Positions 1-9,672 of a stretch of DNA of 14,859 bases are shown here, one piece after another (position 1 is the first letter of the stretch; every line of letters begins with the position of its first letter). The notes under the pieces are model-generated. The model was not told the origin of the DNA. It did no database searches and saw only the letters and a program-made list of their open reading frames with translations. Location: the NCBI RefSeq assembly GCF_006345805.1, contig NW_021825652.1, positions 1 through 14,859 on the forward strand, in the 5' to 3' direction. Both the position numbers and the translations under genes were made by a program. This stretch comes from Octopus sinensis (lineage: Eukaryota).

Positions 1-429
1 CTTTGAAAGCCTCTTTCACCTTCACCTTAACTACCATGTTTGACTGCTAGGGATGATGGCCTGATTCTTCGCTCCTAGAAACTGAGGTTACAATTGTTAC
101 CATTCAACATAGTTATTAGTGAATGGTAGTGTCAATGGCGGTTCCTCGTGTTTTTGCTGTTTATACGTATATTTTATTTTTATTTTTTTCTCTGCTTGTT
201 CCTTGTGTTGTTGATGATGTCGATATATAGGCTCATGTGGGGTTACTACTGAAATTTCAAATTCAATCATTCTCATAGATGATTCCTTCCAAGAATATAT
301 TATAACATGAGAATTCCCATTAAAATTTCCTATACAATAAGAATTTTAATAAGAATATAATAAGATATTTAATATAATAATCATAATACACAATATATCC
401 AACACATTTTTAACACATCATATCTTCTT

Positions 430-644
430 ATTTAAGTATGAATAAATATTACGGAGATGTACTTGCATAGCAAGTGACCTGATCTGAGATCGTGTGCTGA
501 AACAAAAACTATTGCAGCGTGGAAGGTGGTTATAAGCCATTTAAGAAATATACAAAAACTGTTAGATTCACTTCAACATTTAAATTGAATTTGTCAAAAT
601 ATTTTCGTCGCTTTGAGACCGCGACCTCTTCACTGACAGAATTC
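430..644 (-). mobile_element. Short putative interspersed repeat starting with the HHR-like motif (Penelope-terminus-like)
   Basis: About 210 bp of complex sequence in an AT-rich background that ends sharply at the HHR stem I. Repeat status is inferred because it is single copy in this window. Confidence 0.5.
587..644 (-). ncRNA. Minimal type I hammerhead-like motif with G3 variant
   Basis: Minus: GAAUU-C-UGUCA GUGAAGA G GUCGC-GGUCUCAAA-GCGAC GAA AAUAUU U^UGACA-AAUUC. Stem I has 10 bp with one bulge, stem II has 5 bp, and stem III is the palindrome AAUAUU. Confidence 0.7.
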
Positions 645-784
645 ATATACATTTATGTTTATGCATGACTATATCTATATAAGAATCGAATTGAGAGAAA
701 ATAAAACTGTCAGGAACAAAGTCAAATTTTGTATGCCATGCTATTTCAAATATATATGCGCTCATGCATGTGTTTGAGTGAGTG

Positions 785-787
<3 letters not shown>

Positions 788-822
<35 letters not shown>
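788..822. repeat. (GA)n microsatellite
   Basis: Perfect GA run. Confidence 0.97.
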
Positions 823-828
<6 letters not shown>

Positions 829-921
829 AGAGAAAGAGCATATGCATATATGTATATATATACATATGTACGCATATGTACCACCACAGCACTTCAAATT
901 TTTTATACATAACCCCCGCCA

Positions 922-922
922 C

Positions 923-953
<31 letters not shown>

Positions 954-970
954 TATTTATATATATATAT
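922..970. repeat. (TA)n microsatellite
   Basis: Interrupted TA run. Confidence 0.95.
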
Positions 971-1401
971 TCGGCCAAGCCTGACCTTTCTTTCTTGATC
1001 TTACCGTTGTCCGAGCAACATCGATGTTTCTCCCTTGTATCCCTGCCGCAAGCCTTCATTTCCACACACGCCAGCTTAATTTAACTAGTCCTTCGTCGAA
1101 AGACACCTGTTGTTATGTCCTGTTATTATTTTTAGTGTACGTGTGTAACATTGTCCGTCTTTTTCCATCCTTGTTTTTGTATACATTCGCTGCTTTCGTC
1201 CAAAGAATCTAATACTCTTAGCTGAATTTTTCCTTGGGTCTGGCCAGATTGAAGCAATCTAGTGAATAACCACCCAAATTGCAAAGATAATCTGGAACGT
1301 GACTGAGGACAGAAATCGGAATCTGTTGTTGTTTTCTTTGTACCTCTATCTGGATGTTTTCAGTCCCTTTTTTGTATAACCTAACTCTCTGGATGGTTTG
1401 C

Positions 1402-1402
<1 letters not shown>
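971..1402. mobile_element. Unclassified ~430-bp putative interspersed repeat between two (TA)n tracts
   Basis: Complex, higher-GC block with sharp boundaries at (TA)n on both sides. No credible ORF, TIR or Pol III boxes recognised. Confidence 0.35.
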
Positions 1403-1497
<95 letters not shown>

Positions 1498-1562
1498 TAC
1501 ACACACATATATATATATACATATATATATATTTATATATATACATATATATTTATATTATA
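1403..1562. repeat. Compound (TA)n microsatellite
   Basis: Long TA run with CA interruptions. Confidence 0.95.
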
Positions 1563-1797
1563 TTAACTGTATAAAGTATGTAATATATATGTGTGTGTGT
1601 GTGTACACGTAGATAGATTGATGGATACGAATGTATAAATATGTCTGTCTTCGTATGTGTGCGTACATGCGTGTGTTCATCAGTAGGTGCGTAGTATTTA
1701 TATTTTGTTTTCAGTCTCGATGTCCATTTCATGTGATCGCAACTGTTGGATTACGCAAAATATATAAACACACCTCAGAAGTTATTATAACTCAAGC

Positions 1798-1798
<1 letters not shown>

Positions 1799-1847
<49 letters not shown>
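1799..1847. repeat. (CA)n microsatellite
   Basis: Perfect AC run. Confidence 0.97.
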
Positions 1848-1848
<1 letters not shown>

Positions 1849-2274
1849 GTCCGCACACACAAACACATAAATATGTATATATACGTATACGTGTAAATAT
1901 GAGTAACGGTGTTCAAATGAATTCTTAGTGCTGTATTTCAATTCAGTTTGTAAGAATATAAACTTTAATGACAAACTCTATTATACGTGAATAATGATAT
2001 CAATTGCACAATGTGGACTTTGAAATTTTAGTAATTCTTTTTAATTTCGTACGAGCAAACATATTTGTTTATATGTAAACTTATAAACAAATAAACATTT
2101 GAATGAGAATATTATTGTGGTTGCCATCAAGATATTTTTGCATAAGCTTCAAAGCTTACGATACCGTATGTTCGCATTTGTATTGAATACACTTGTATAT
2201 GCTATATAACAATAATTTGTATGGTTCCTGCTCTAACTTACGTCCATCCTAACTGACTAAAGTATATGAAAAGG

Positions 2275-2600
2275 AGCGGAGCAAGCGTGGATGTTCGACG
2301 TAGGGTGTTCGATCCTCCTCCGTACAGTTTTAATTTAAATTCTCCTTCTCGATATCTTGGACAAGCGTTTTATATTATATCCAAGGAGAGGCCCATACGT
2401 TGTGATTGAACTTAGAATTCGGAATGTATATTCGTGTGTAGTTCTCTGTGTATTTTCCCCGCTGTTTCATAATTGACGTAGATTTAACTTTCTAAAACCA
2501 AACTTGTCATCAAGTGAATCGGCTGGCATACGTACAAGTACTAAAGTAAGTACAGCGTTTATTTTATTCGACAAAGCCTTTCAAGGTCGTAGTCACTGAC
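2275..2600 (+). mobile_element. Highly diverged old SINE copy
   Basis: CTTGGACAAGCGTTTTATATTATA...TTGTGATTGAACTTAG..CGGAA resembles the CORE segment, and AAGTACT...TAAGTAC...TTCGACAAAG resembles the 3' part of the 12 kb SINE, in the right order. Boundaries are approximate. Confidence 0.45.
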
Positions 2601-3012
2601 ACAAGCAACATGATGCACAATTACACAGTGATATATTCACATTCATATAAGCCGGAATGAATCGGGCTCCTGTTATGGGCCTGTGAAAATTGAAATAGCA
2701 CAGAACCGAACCAAACGGTTTTAAATAAAACATGTTCTACAGATTGCGTTGATTGCCTTTTTCTTTCGTTTGTACAGTCATTCGTATGTATATATATATA
2801 TATACACACAACACAGATACACCGGTATGTATATACACATATATACACATATATCTGTGTGTATGTGTGTCCGTATATATATATATATGATTTAGAAAAA
2901 TGATGATAGTGTGTTCAAAGATTACGCCTGGGAGTAAACGTTCCTTTTCGTATGAAATTTGAAGTAACATGCAATCTACAGATAAATATTATTACACTTC
3001 TCTGTCTGTTTG

Positions 3013-3075
3013 TCTCTATCTATATGTCTATCTATCTACACACACACACACACACACATATATAATATATATATA

Positions 3076-3131
<56 letters not shown>
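3013..3131. repeat. Compound (TCTA)/(CA)n/(TA)n microsatellite
   Basis: Seen directly. Confidence 0.95.
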
Positions 3132-3134
<3 letters not shown>

Positions 3135-3152
3135 TTATATAATATCCCTTTT

Positions 3153-3322
3153 GCTTTATCTCCTACGTGTATTTTCATTAGAACATGGCCATTCGGAGAT
3201 ACGGCCATGAAGAAGATTTATTTGAATTAATCGATCCAGTAGCGATTTTTAAAAATTAGATACTTATTCCGTTGAACTCTTTTTGCCAAACGAACACCGC
3301 TTGTCAAGTGGTGGTGGGGAAA
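3153..3322 (-). mobile_element. Diverged SINE fragment (3' half)
   Basis: TGGCCATTCGGAG...ATCGATCCAGTA...TACTTATTCCGTTGAACTCTTTTTGCCAAAC...TTGTCAAGTGGTGGTGGGGA is collinear with 12040-12212 (GCGGCCATGCTGGAG...TACTTATTCTATCGGTCACTTTTGCCGAAC...TTGTCAAG). Confidence 0.7.
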
Positions 3323-3485
3323 AAGGAAAATTATAATTCTCAGTAAACGTGACTAGTGTGTTAAAAATCACCTATATTACTATAAATAAGAGCTAAAATG
3401 CTCTAATGCTGTATTTGACGCTCATGAATGTAAACAAATGCTCTAACAGGGACGGTAATCGTCCAAAAGATGTCTAATGACAATT

Positions 3486-3535
3486 CTTGAGACTGATGTC
3501 ATTTTCGGCAGTTTCCATTGCCATCACAAGTAAAG
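3486..3535 (-). ncRNA. Degenerate hammerhead motif (second tandem unit)
   Basis: Minus: CUUUA CUUGUGA U GGCA-AUGGAAAC-UGCC GAA AAUGA-CA-UCAGU C^UCAAG. Core positions G5 and A6 are mutated, and stem I CUUUA/UCAAG pairs at 4 of 5 positions. Confidence 0.65.
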
Positions 3536-3842
3536 CCAGCTCTGTGTTCCTCTTTTTCCAAAGCTGTTTCTCTATTTGTATAAACGTTTTCATCCTCAAA
3601 ATTAATGGATGATTTAGCGATTCGCTAATGTGTATACACAAAATTAATATAAACAGCAGGTTGCAAGTTTTCATCAAAAATGAGAATTATAATTCGCAAC
3701 AAATATGACTAGAGTGTTAAAAACACCTACATTGCTAGAAATAAGAGATAAAATGCTCTAAATGGTATATTTAACGCACATGAATGAAAATATATACACT
3801 AATAATGACCGTAATTGTCCGAAAAATGTCGACCGAGAATTA

Positions 3843-3889
3843 TTTAGACTAACATCAGTTTCGGCAGTTTCCGTTGCCATCATCAGTAC
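3843..3889 (-). ncRNA. Type I hammerhead ribozyme motif with canonical core
   Basis: Minus: GUA CUGAUGA U GGCA-ACGGAAAC-UGCC GAA ACUGA-UG-UUAGU C^UAAA. It has a complete CUGAUGA/GAAA core, a 4-bp stem II, a near-palindromic stem III and a GUC triplet. Stem I is only 2 bp in this copy. Confidence 0.78.
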
Positions 3890-3892
3890 GTA

Positions 3893-4000
3893 CTTTTTCA
3901 GTTGCCGTCTACCAAATCCACTCATAAGATTTTGTTCGCCACAAAAATATAGAAGACACTCGTTGAAGGTGCTACGCAGTGGGACTGAACCAGGAACCTG
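3893..4000 (-). mobile_element. SINE fragment (5' half: B box and CORE region)
   Basis: TTTCAGTTGCCGTCTACCAAATCCACTCATAAG...AGAAGACACT...ACGCAGTGGGACTGAACCAGGAACC aligns with 12260-12368. Confidence 0.88.
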
Positions 4001-4073
4001 TAAATATTTGCATTATAATCTTATATGTTTGATGTGTGTTTGTATATATATTTACACGCATGCATGCCTAAAC

Positions 4074-4087
4074 ATATATATATATAT

Positions 4088-4136
<49 letters not shown>

Positions 4137-4165
4137 ATATAATATAATATATATCTATTATATAT
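4074..4165. repeat. (TA)n microsatellite
   Basis: Seen directly. Confidence 0.95.
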
Positions 4166-4954
4166 TGATACATTATCTCGATGTTATGAAATGTTCCTTT
4201 CACTTCGTATCTACAGCTTCATATTTCGCTTCTAAAATTCATCCATTTGTATTCCAGACAATATGTATGTAGAACTGTAGTAGTTCTTGACATTATTGTG
4301 GCTACCGCAAATTATTATCCAACAGAATCCACTGGAAGTAATTGGAGATGGGAATGGCTATATTGACATTTTCTTCAACCTTCTGCGTGCTCTTCTGTAT
4401 GAAGAAAAGCCAAATTTACCTCTGTATTTTTCCTTCTTAATATGCTCCATTTTCATTCTTTTTATTTGCAGTTTGCATGTATGATTTCTGACAATCGTTT
4501 ATTGTATCTTAATTGTTTGTTTATATTTAGGTAAAATGAAATTATTGTATACTGTAGGTTGTCCAGTAGATTTGCTAAAATGTTAGATTTTCTGGTATAA
4601 TTCATTGCCTTTTATCCTTTCAGAATAAAAACACAAAAATATCATTTCATTCTACTACTAAGTCTGAGTAAAGCGACTGCATTTCCTACCCAAAATATCT
4701 GCTATAGCGACATTGGAAAAGAACAATAAAATAAGGAGAAAGACATTTTTATGCTATTTTGCAACTAAGAGAGAAGGCAGTGTCCATGAACCGTTGAAGG
4801 AATCCTCGTGTCGGTGGGAAGAAGGGAAGAATATATTTTAAAAAGCAGAAACAGGATTTATAGGTATTCAATAGTGTAGACACCGCTAAGTCTAACCAAT
4901 ATAATTGGTGGTACTGACGAAAAACAAGTGTGTTTAGTCTACCACCATAGTAGG

Positions 4955-5050
4955 CCTAGTCAGGATTTGAACTCAGAACACAGAATTTAAATGTTAATGC
5001 TAAAATATTGCATGTTTCTGCATATATTCATGCGCAATAGCTTAGCTGGA
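4955..5050 (-). mobile_element. Possible decayed tRNA-SINE head
   Basis: Minus strand GTTCTGAGTTCAAATCC (~4979-4963) is a B-box-like motif. The remainder is too degraded to align. Confidence 0.3.
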
Positions 5051-6002
5051 TGCTCAAAGCGAGAGAAATGACACGCAAATCATTCAAAACCGTTAAATAT
5101 TCAAATAAATATTTGATGTTCTTCATAGTACTGCGTTTATCAACATAGCTATAATAAATATATAATGAGAGGCCTTTCCATCTTTGACTCTCACCCGTGA
5201 TTTTCATCTCATAATATATATGTTAATCTGGTACTCAATTTTAAAATTGTATGTTCATGGAACAGTTGTAAGCAACACAACTCTAGATGCGTGTTTCAAG
5301 TGGCTTTTTGCATGGTGTTGTGCGTATCTAGGGACTTAAGAAAAGCATCCACCGATTATTTCAAGCATATTTAGTTCTAATCGAAAACTTAAACACAAAT
5401 GGTTACCCAGAGCAAATAAGAATTGGAAATACAGAAGTAATTAATTTATGCATTTATGTTATTGAATAATAATATATTTGAAGTTTATCGAACCCGACCA
5501 AGAATCATAACTTGAAAGTTTGAAAGTCATTTGATTAGATCCTTTATTTTCATAGTAAGTTTATAGAAAGTGTTATGAGTGAGAATATTGAGCAAATGAT
5601 ATGGCTTTAAAATTTTGGTCTAAATTTTCCGATTAAATTTTCAGACTAAATTTTCAGGAACTCATATTCACGTGCGCGCACACACACAAATGCGTACAAA
5701 CACACACACATGTTTTGCTTCTATTGTTTGTACGTAAGAATCTCAAGAGCATAGAATTCCGTGTCGCCGTTTTCGTAGTACTGTCGCATGAATCTCTAGA
5801 AACGTATGCCATTTCTATAGCTTCACACATACACAAACACAACATACATATTCACACACATGCCTATATACATATATATATATATACAAAGGTTATACAT
5901 ACAGTTATATATTTATGTATAAGCCTATATGTATACACACAAATATTCAATATGTTTGTGTGCAAGCACAAGTCAACAAGTCAACATATATTCAAATGTA
6001 CG

Positions 6003-6040
6003 TATATATATATATATATACATACATATATGCATGCATG

Positions 6041-6080
<40 letters not shown>

Positions 6081-6086
6081 TATATG

Positions 6087-6119
<33 letters not shown>

Positions 6120-6170
6120 TACATACATATATATATATGCATACATGTATGTATATATATATATGTATAT

Positions 6171-6202
<32 letters not shown>

Positions 6203-6267
6203 CTATATATAATATAATATATATACATAAATATATACATACATACATGTATGCATATATATACACA
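6003..6267. repeat. Compound (TA)n/(CATA)n tract with recurring CATACATATATATGCATACATGTA modules
   Basis: Seen directly. Confidence 0.93.
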
Positions 6268-6792
6268 TGCTTTGCTTCGTCGCAAGCGATTGCACATTGT
6301 AAATCATTATATTGGGTAACAGTTCAATGCTTTCCTGTCTTACGTGAGGCTGATTGTAGGATTATTTTATGCGTGTATGTTACTGTTTGCTTGCGTGTCT
6401 TCCTATCTGGATCGAAGTTTTACAAGTGTGCGATGTCTACATGTGATCTAATTTTATACACATCAGCACGGAAGCCGAAATAATTTCTCATAATTTTTTT
6501 ATTTATTTCGACACCGCTTTCCGAATAATGTCTTCATACAAAAAGTTCTGGTGAGAACGCACGAAGACAATACAAGAAGTCCGAACTATGAAGAGGACTC
6601 ATCTATGCTCAACGACAAAAATGTATAAAAAAGCATCTAGCAACAGCCGTATTCATAGGATTACACATACGCAGATTCAGGCACAGTTCACATACACAAT
6701 GATATTAATACACACGCACACACAGACACAGTTACACACACACATATATCTATATTTATCGATCTATCTATCTATTTATCTATCATGCAATT

Positions 6793-7015
6793 TTGGCAAG
6801 TGCCTTCTACTATAGCCTCGGGCCGACCAAAGCCTTATGAGTGGATTTGGTAGACGGAAACTGAAAGAAGCCCGTCGTATATATGTATATATATGTATAT
6901 ATGCATGTGTTTGCATATGATTGTATGTCTGTACTTGTCCCTTGAACATCGCTTGACAACCTATGTTGGTGTGTTTACGTCCCTGTAACTTAAAAGTTCG
7001 GCGAGTAAAGAGTAT
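6793..7015 (+). mobile_element. Partial copy of the same SINE (no tRNA head, internal deletion before the tail)
   Basis: GGCAAGTGCCTTCTACTATAGCCTCGGGCCGACCAAAGCCTTATGAGTGGATTTGGTAGACGGAAACTGAAAGAAGCCC matches the reverse complement of ~12255-12335. After GTTCGGC (6996-7002) it jumps directly to the tail GAGTAAAGAGTAT. Confidence 0.9.
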
Positions 7016-7039
7016 ATATATATAAACACACACGTTTAT

Positions 7040-7090
7040 TTTATATGTATAGATATGTATTTATATACATATGTACGCGTAAACAATGCG

Positions 7091-7125
<35 letters not shown>

Positions 7126-7390
7126 CTGGATCTGCGTGTATGTGTTTTTGTGCATATGTGTGTAAGCTGTGCGTGTATGTATGTGTATGCGTATATGCGT
7201 GTATGTGTATGTGCATGTGTGTGTATATACGTGCATGTATGTGTATATATGTGCATGTGTATATGTCTGTCTGTATGTATGTGTATACGTGTCTGTGTGA
7301 GTATGCTTGTGTATGAGTAAGTGCATATGTATGTATGTGAGTATATGTATGTATGTGTATTAAGTCCGTGTGTATTCGTGTGTGTGCGTG
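7040..7390. repeat. Degenerate (TG/TA)n alternating purine-pyrimidine tract
   Basis: Seen directly. Confidence 0.9.
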
Positions 7391-7626
7391 AGTAAACAAA
7401 CGTCTTCAATCAATCTTTCCGATCTTATCGATATTGTGTGTTTGATCTTCGGTTTCGTTATTTTCCCCGGTTGAATTATTCGTCTTTTGTTGCTAATTGT
7501 CCCTATAGAGTTTGAGTGCAAACTCCAACTGTTGACTTCTTTTATTGGAAATTTCTGATCCTTATATTCACCGACCATATAAATATAGTCAATTAACAAA
7601 GAACGACGCTTGCGCAAACGATGTGT

Positions 7627-7671
7627 ACATACCACACATACATAGACATACACACATACATAGACATACAC

Positions 7672-7745
<74 letters not shown>

Positions 7746-7746
7746 G
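7627..7746. repeat. (CA)n(TA)n microsatellite
   Basis: Seen directly. Confidence 0.95.
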
Positions 7747-7750
7747 TATT

Positions 7751-7876
7751 GTTCCAATTTACAGAAAATAAAGGACGAAGGCAGGTGTAGGAAGTAACAA
7801 GCAGGTTTATTAGTTTAACGCTCGGAAAAACTGGGAAATTCTTTTACGTTTCCAGACTACGCAGTTGAACAGAAAG
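7751..7876 (-). mobile_element. Second, more decayed copy of the 13.8 kb repeat, abutting the mariner fragment
   Basis: Direct homology to 13775-13900. The HHR remnant at 7876-7841 reads CUUU CUGUUCA A CUGC-GUAG-UCUG GAA ACGU A AAAG with stem II disrupted. AATAAA on the minus strand at 7811-7806. Confidence 0.75.
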
Positions 7877-8645
7877 TTCAAGTGCGTAGTCTCAAAATGG
7901 GTGCCTCAGGAATTGTGCAAAAGCAATTGCAAACCCGGAGTTAACATCTGCTCTTCTCTCCATTCTCGCGAACTCATTTCACTTTTTTGGGGATAGACTT
8001 GTGACTGGTTACGAAAAATGGATCTTCTATCGAAATGTTAAACTTCATAAACAGTGGCTTGTTAAAAGGGAAACAGCTCAACCACAACTGAGAAGGGAAC
8101 TTTGTGGAAAAAAGGCTCTTCTCTCTGTCTGGTGCGATTGCAAAGGAGTAATTCACTTTGAATTGTTACCACCTAATACAACAATCAATGCTCAAGTCTA
8201 CTGTCAGCAATTAGAGCGTTTCAAACAAGCTTTGGAGAATAAAAAACCGCATTAGTTAATCGAAAAGGAGTGATGCTTCATCAGGATTATGCGCGACCCC
8301 ACACTGCAAAGATTGCATGACAGGAGATCGCAGAGCTTGGTTGGGAAAAAATTCCTCATCCTCATTATTCTCCCGACCATGCTCCTTCAGACTACCGTTT
8401 ATTTCGTAGTTTACAGAATCATTTGGGGGACATAATTTTTGGCAAGCCAGGAGGAGGTCGAAACTGACATTTCAGAGTACTTTGCTTTGAAACCAAAATA
8501 GTTCTATATTGATGGGATTAAAAAGCTTGTAAATAGATGGAAGGAGTTCATAGATAATCAGGGAAAGTACATTGATGATTAAATTTCAATTAAATATAAC
8601 ATTTGATCATTTGTTTTTCTTTATTAAAAATTCGGACAGACCTGA
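7877..8645 (+). mobile_element. Mariner (Tc1/mariner, DD34D) DNA transposon remnant, 5'-truncated, right end retained
   Basis: Decayed transposase coding sequence to TAA at 8580-8582, then a short AT-rich 3' region ending ...AAAAATTCGGACAGACCTGA followed by TA (8646-8647), like a mariner right terminus at a TA target. No left TIR or N-terminal HTH region seen. Confidence 0.92.
7892..8582 (+). pseudogene. Mariner transposase pseudogene (linker plus catalytic domain)
   Basis: Manual translation across frames: SKWVPQEL (WVPHEL motif) ... DRLVTGYEKWIFY (first catalytic D changed to Y) ... KKALLSVWCDCKGVIHFELLP ... GVMLHQDYARPH ... HPHYSPDHAPSDYRLFRSLQNHL (YSPDLAPSD motif) ... GIKKLVNRWKEFIDNQGKYIDD*. 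There are 34 codons between the 2nd and 3rd Asp. Frameshifts near 7990, 8250 and 8445 and in-frame stops near 8318 and 8499. Confidence 0.95.
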
Positions 8646-9037
8646 TATATGTATATATATATATATATAACCATTTTACTTTCACCTTAGCTGCGAATGA
8701 GTTCATATTTTACCCTGAACTCCAGTAAACTACGTATAGATTAAATGAGAAATAGCAATTCACCATTAGTAATATTTTTTTTGACTCCGTCAGTAGATAT
8801 ATTTTATCATAGAAGACAGTTTGTGTAGAAAGAACTGGAAAAGAAATGATTAATACAGAGAAAAAGATATCTGATTCTAATAAGAAAATTAGAAACTACA
8901 AGATTAATAACGATATATAGACAAAGGTAGGTAAGTAACTGTTTGAAGAGAGTAATTTTATGCTTCGCTAACATCAAGAGAGAGGATATTTAAAAAAGAC
9001 AATAATTTCGCTTCAGTGAAACTGATAGATTTCAACT

Positions 9038-9148
9038 AATACATATATACATGAATACATACATACATACATACATACATGCATACATACATACATACGT
9101 ATATGTATGTGTGCCTGTATATGTGTGATTGTGAGGCAATGTGTGTAC

Positions 9149-9179
<31 letters not shown>

Positions 9180-9208
9180 GGTGCGTACGTGCGTGTCTGT
9201 GTGTGTGT
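9038..9208. repeat. (CATA)n followed by (TG)n
   Basis: Seen directly. Confidence 0.92.
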
Positions 9209-9639
9209 AGGTTGGATTTGGTCAAATTGATAGAGACGCCTCTAATAAGAATCCAGGAAGATTCGAAAATCAATTTCGCGACAAGAACAGCAGACAGCAT
9301 CACCCAACGAATTCCAGACGAATCTTGCAATGAGAACCATTGGGAGTATAGTATCTACAGGGAGGGAAACTGTTTTAAAGAAGAAAGTGTCTATAACTAA
9401 ATCAATAAATTAGCTTTTTAAAAAAATCATACTTATTAGAACATATAAACTAAAACTGTTGTGTTTTTGTATGTGTGTATACGTCCATATATGCATACAA
9501 ACCAGCACATATGTATACACACAAGTATTTCTTTTTTACATGCACACACCCGCATATATATAAGTGTATAGGTGCACATAACATAAATACCCACAATCGC
9601 ATATATATTATATATGTCTGTGTATATGTGTGTAAAATT

Positions 9640-9672
<33 letters not shown>

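Larger units (their letters stand above)
3326..3890 (-). mobile_element. Tandem repeat of 356-bp period (~1.6 units) with one type I hammerhead motif per unit; retrozyme or Penelope pLTR-like
   Basis: 3331-3532 and 3687-3888 are direct repeats offset by 356 bp (about 80% identical by manual alignment). Each contains an HHR-like fold at the same position. Confidence 0.8.

Noticed and set aside
1295-1330. CTGAGGA...GAAA on the plus strand
   Set aside because: No stem II between the core segments.
1670-1690. CTGATGA on the minus strand
   Set aside because: Embedded in simple repeat with no stem II or GAAA.
3474-3677. ORF MKTCNLLFILILCIHISES...KKR resembling a signal peptide plus dibasic cleavage site
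   Set aside because: Short, lies inside the HHR tandem unit and overlaps the ribozyme. Hydrophobic runs are expected in AT-rich DNA, and no recognisable mature peptide follows.
4270-4484. Possible exon (plus ORF 4287-4484; minus acceptor TTTTCTTCATACAG then KSTQKVEENVNIAIP...)
   Set aside because: No good donor site, early stops in the frames and no recognisable protein similarity.
5715-6483. Several 100-184 aa ORFs rich in YI/HT/CV
   Set aside because: Translations of (TA)n/(CA)n microsatellites, which lack stop codons.
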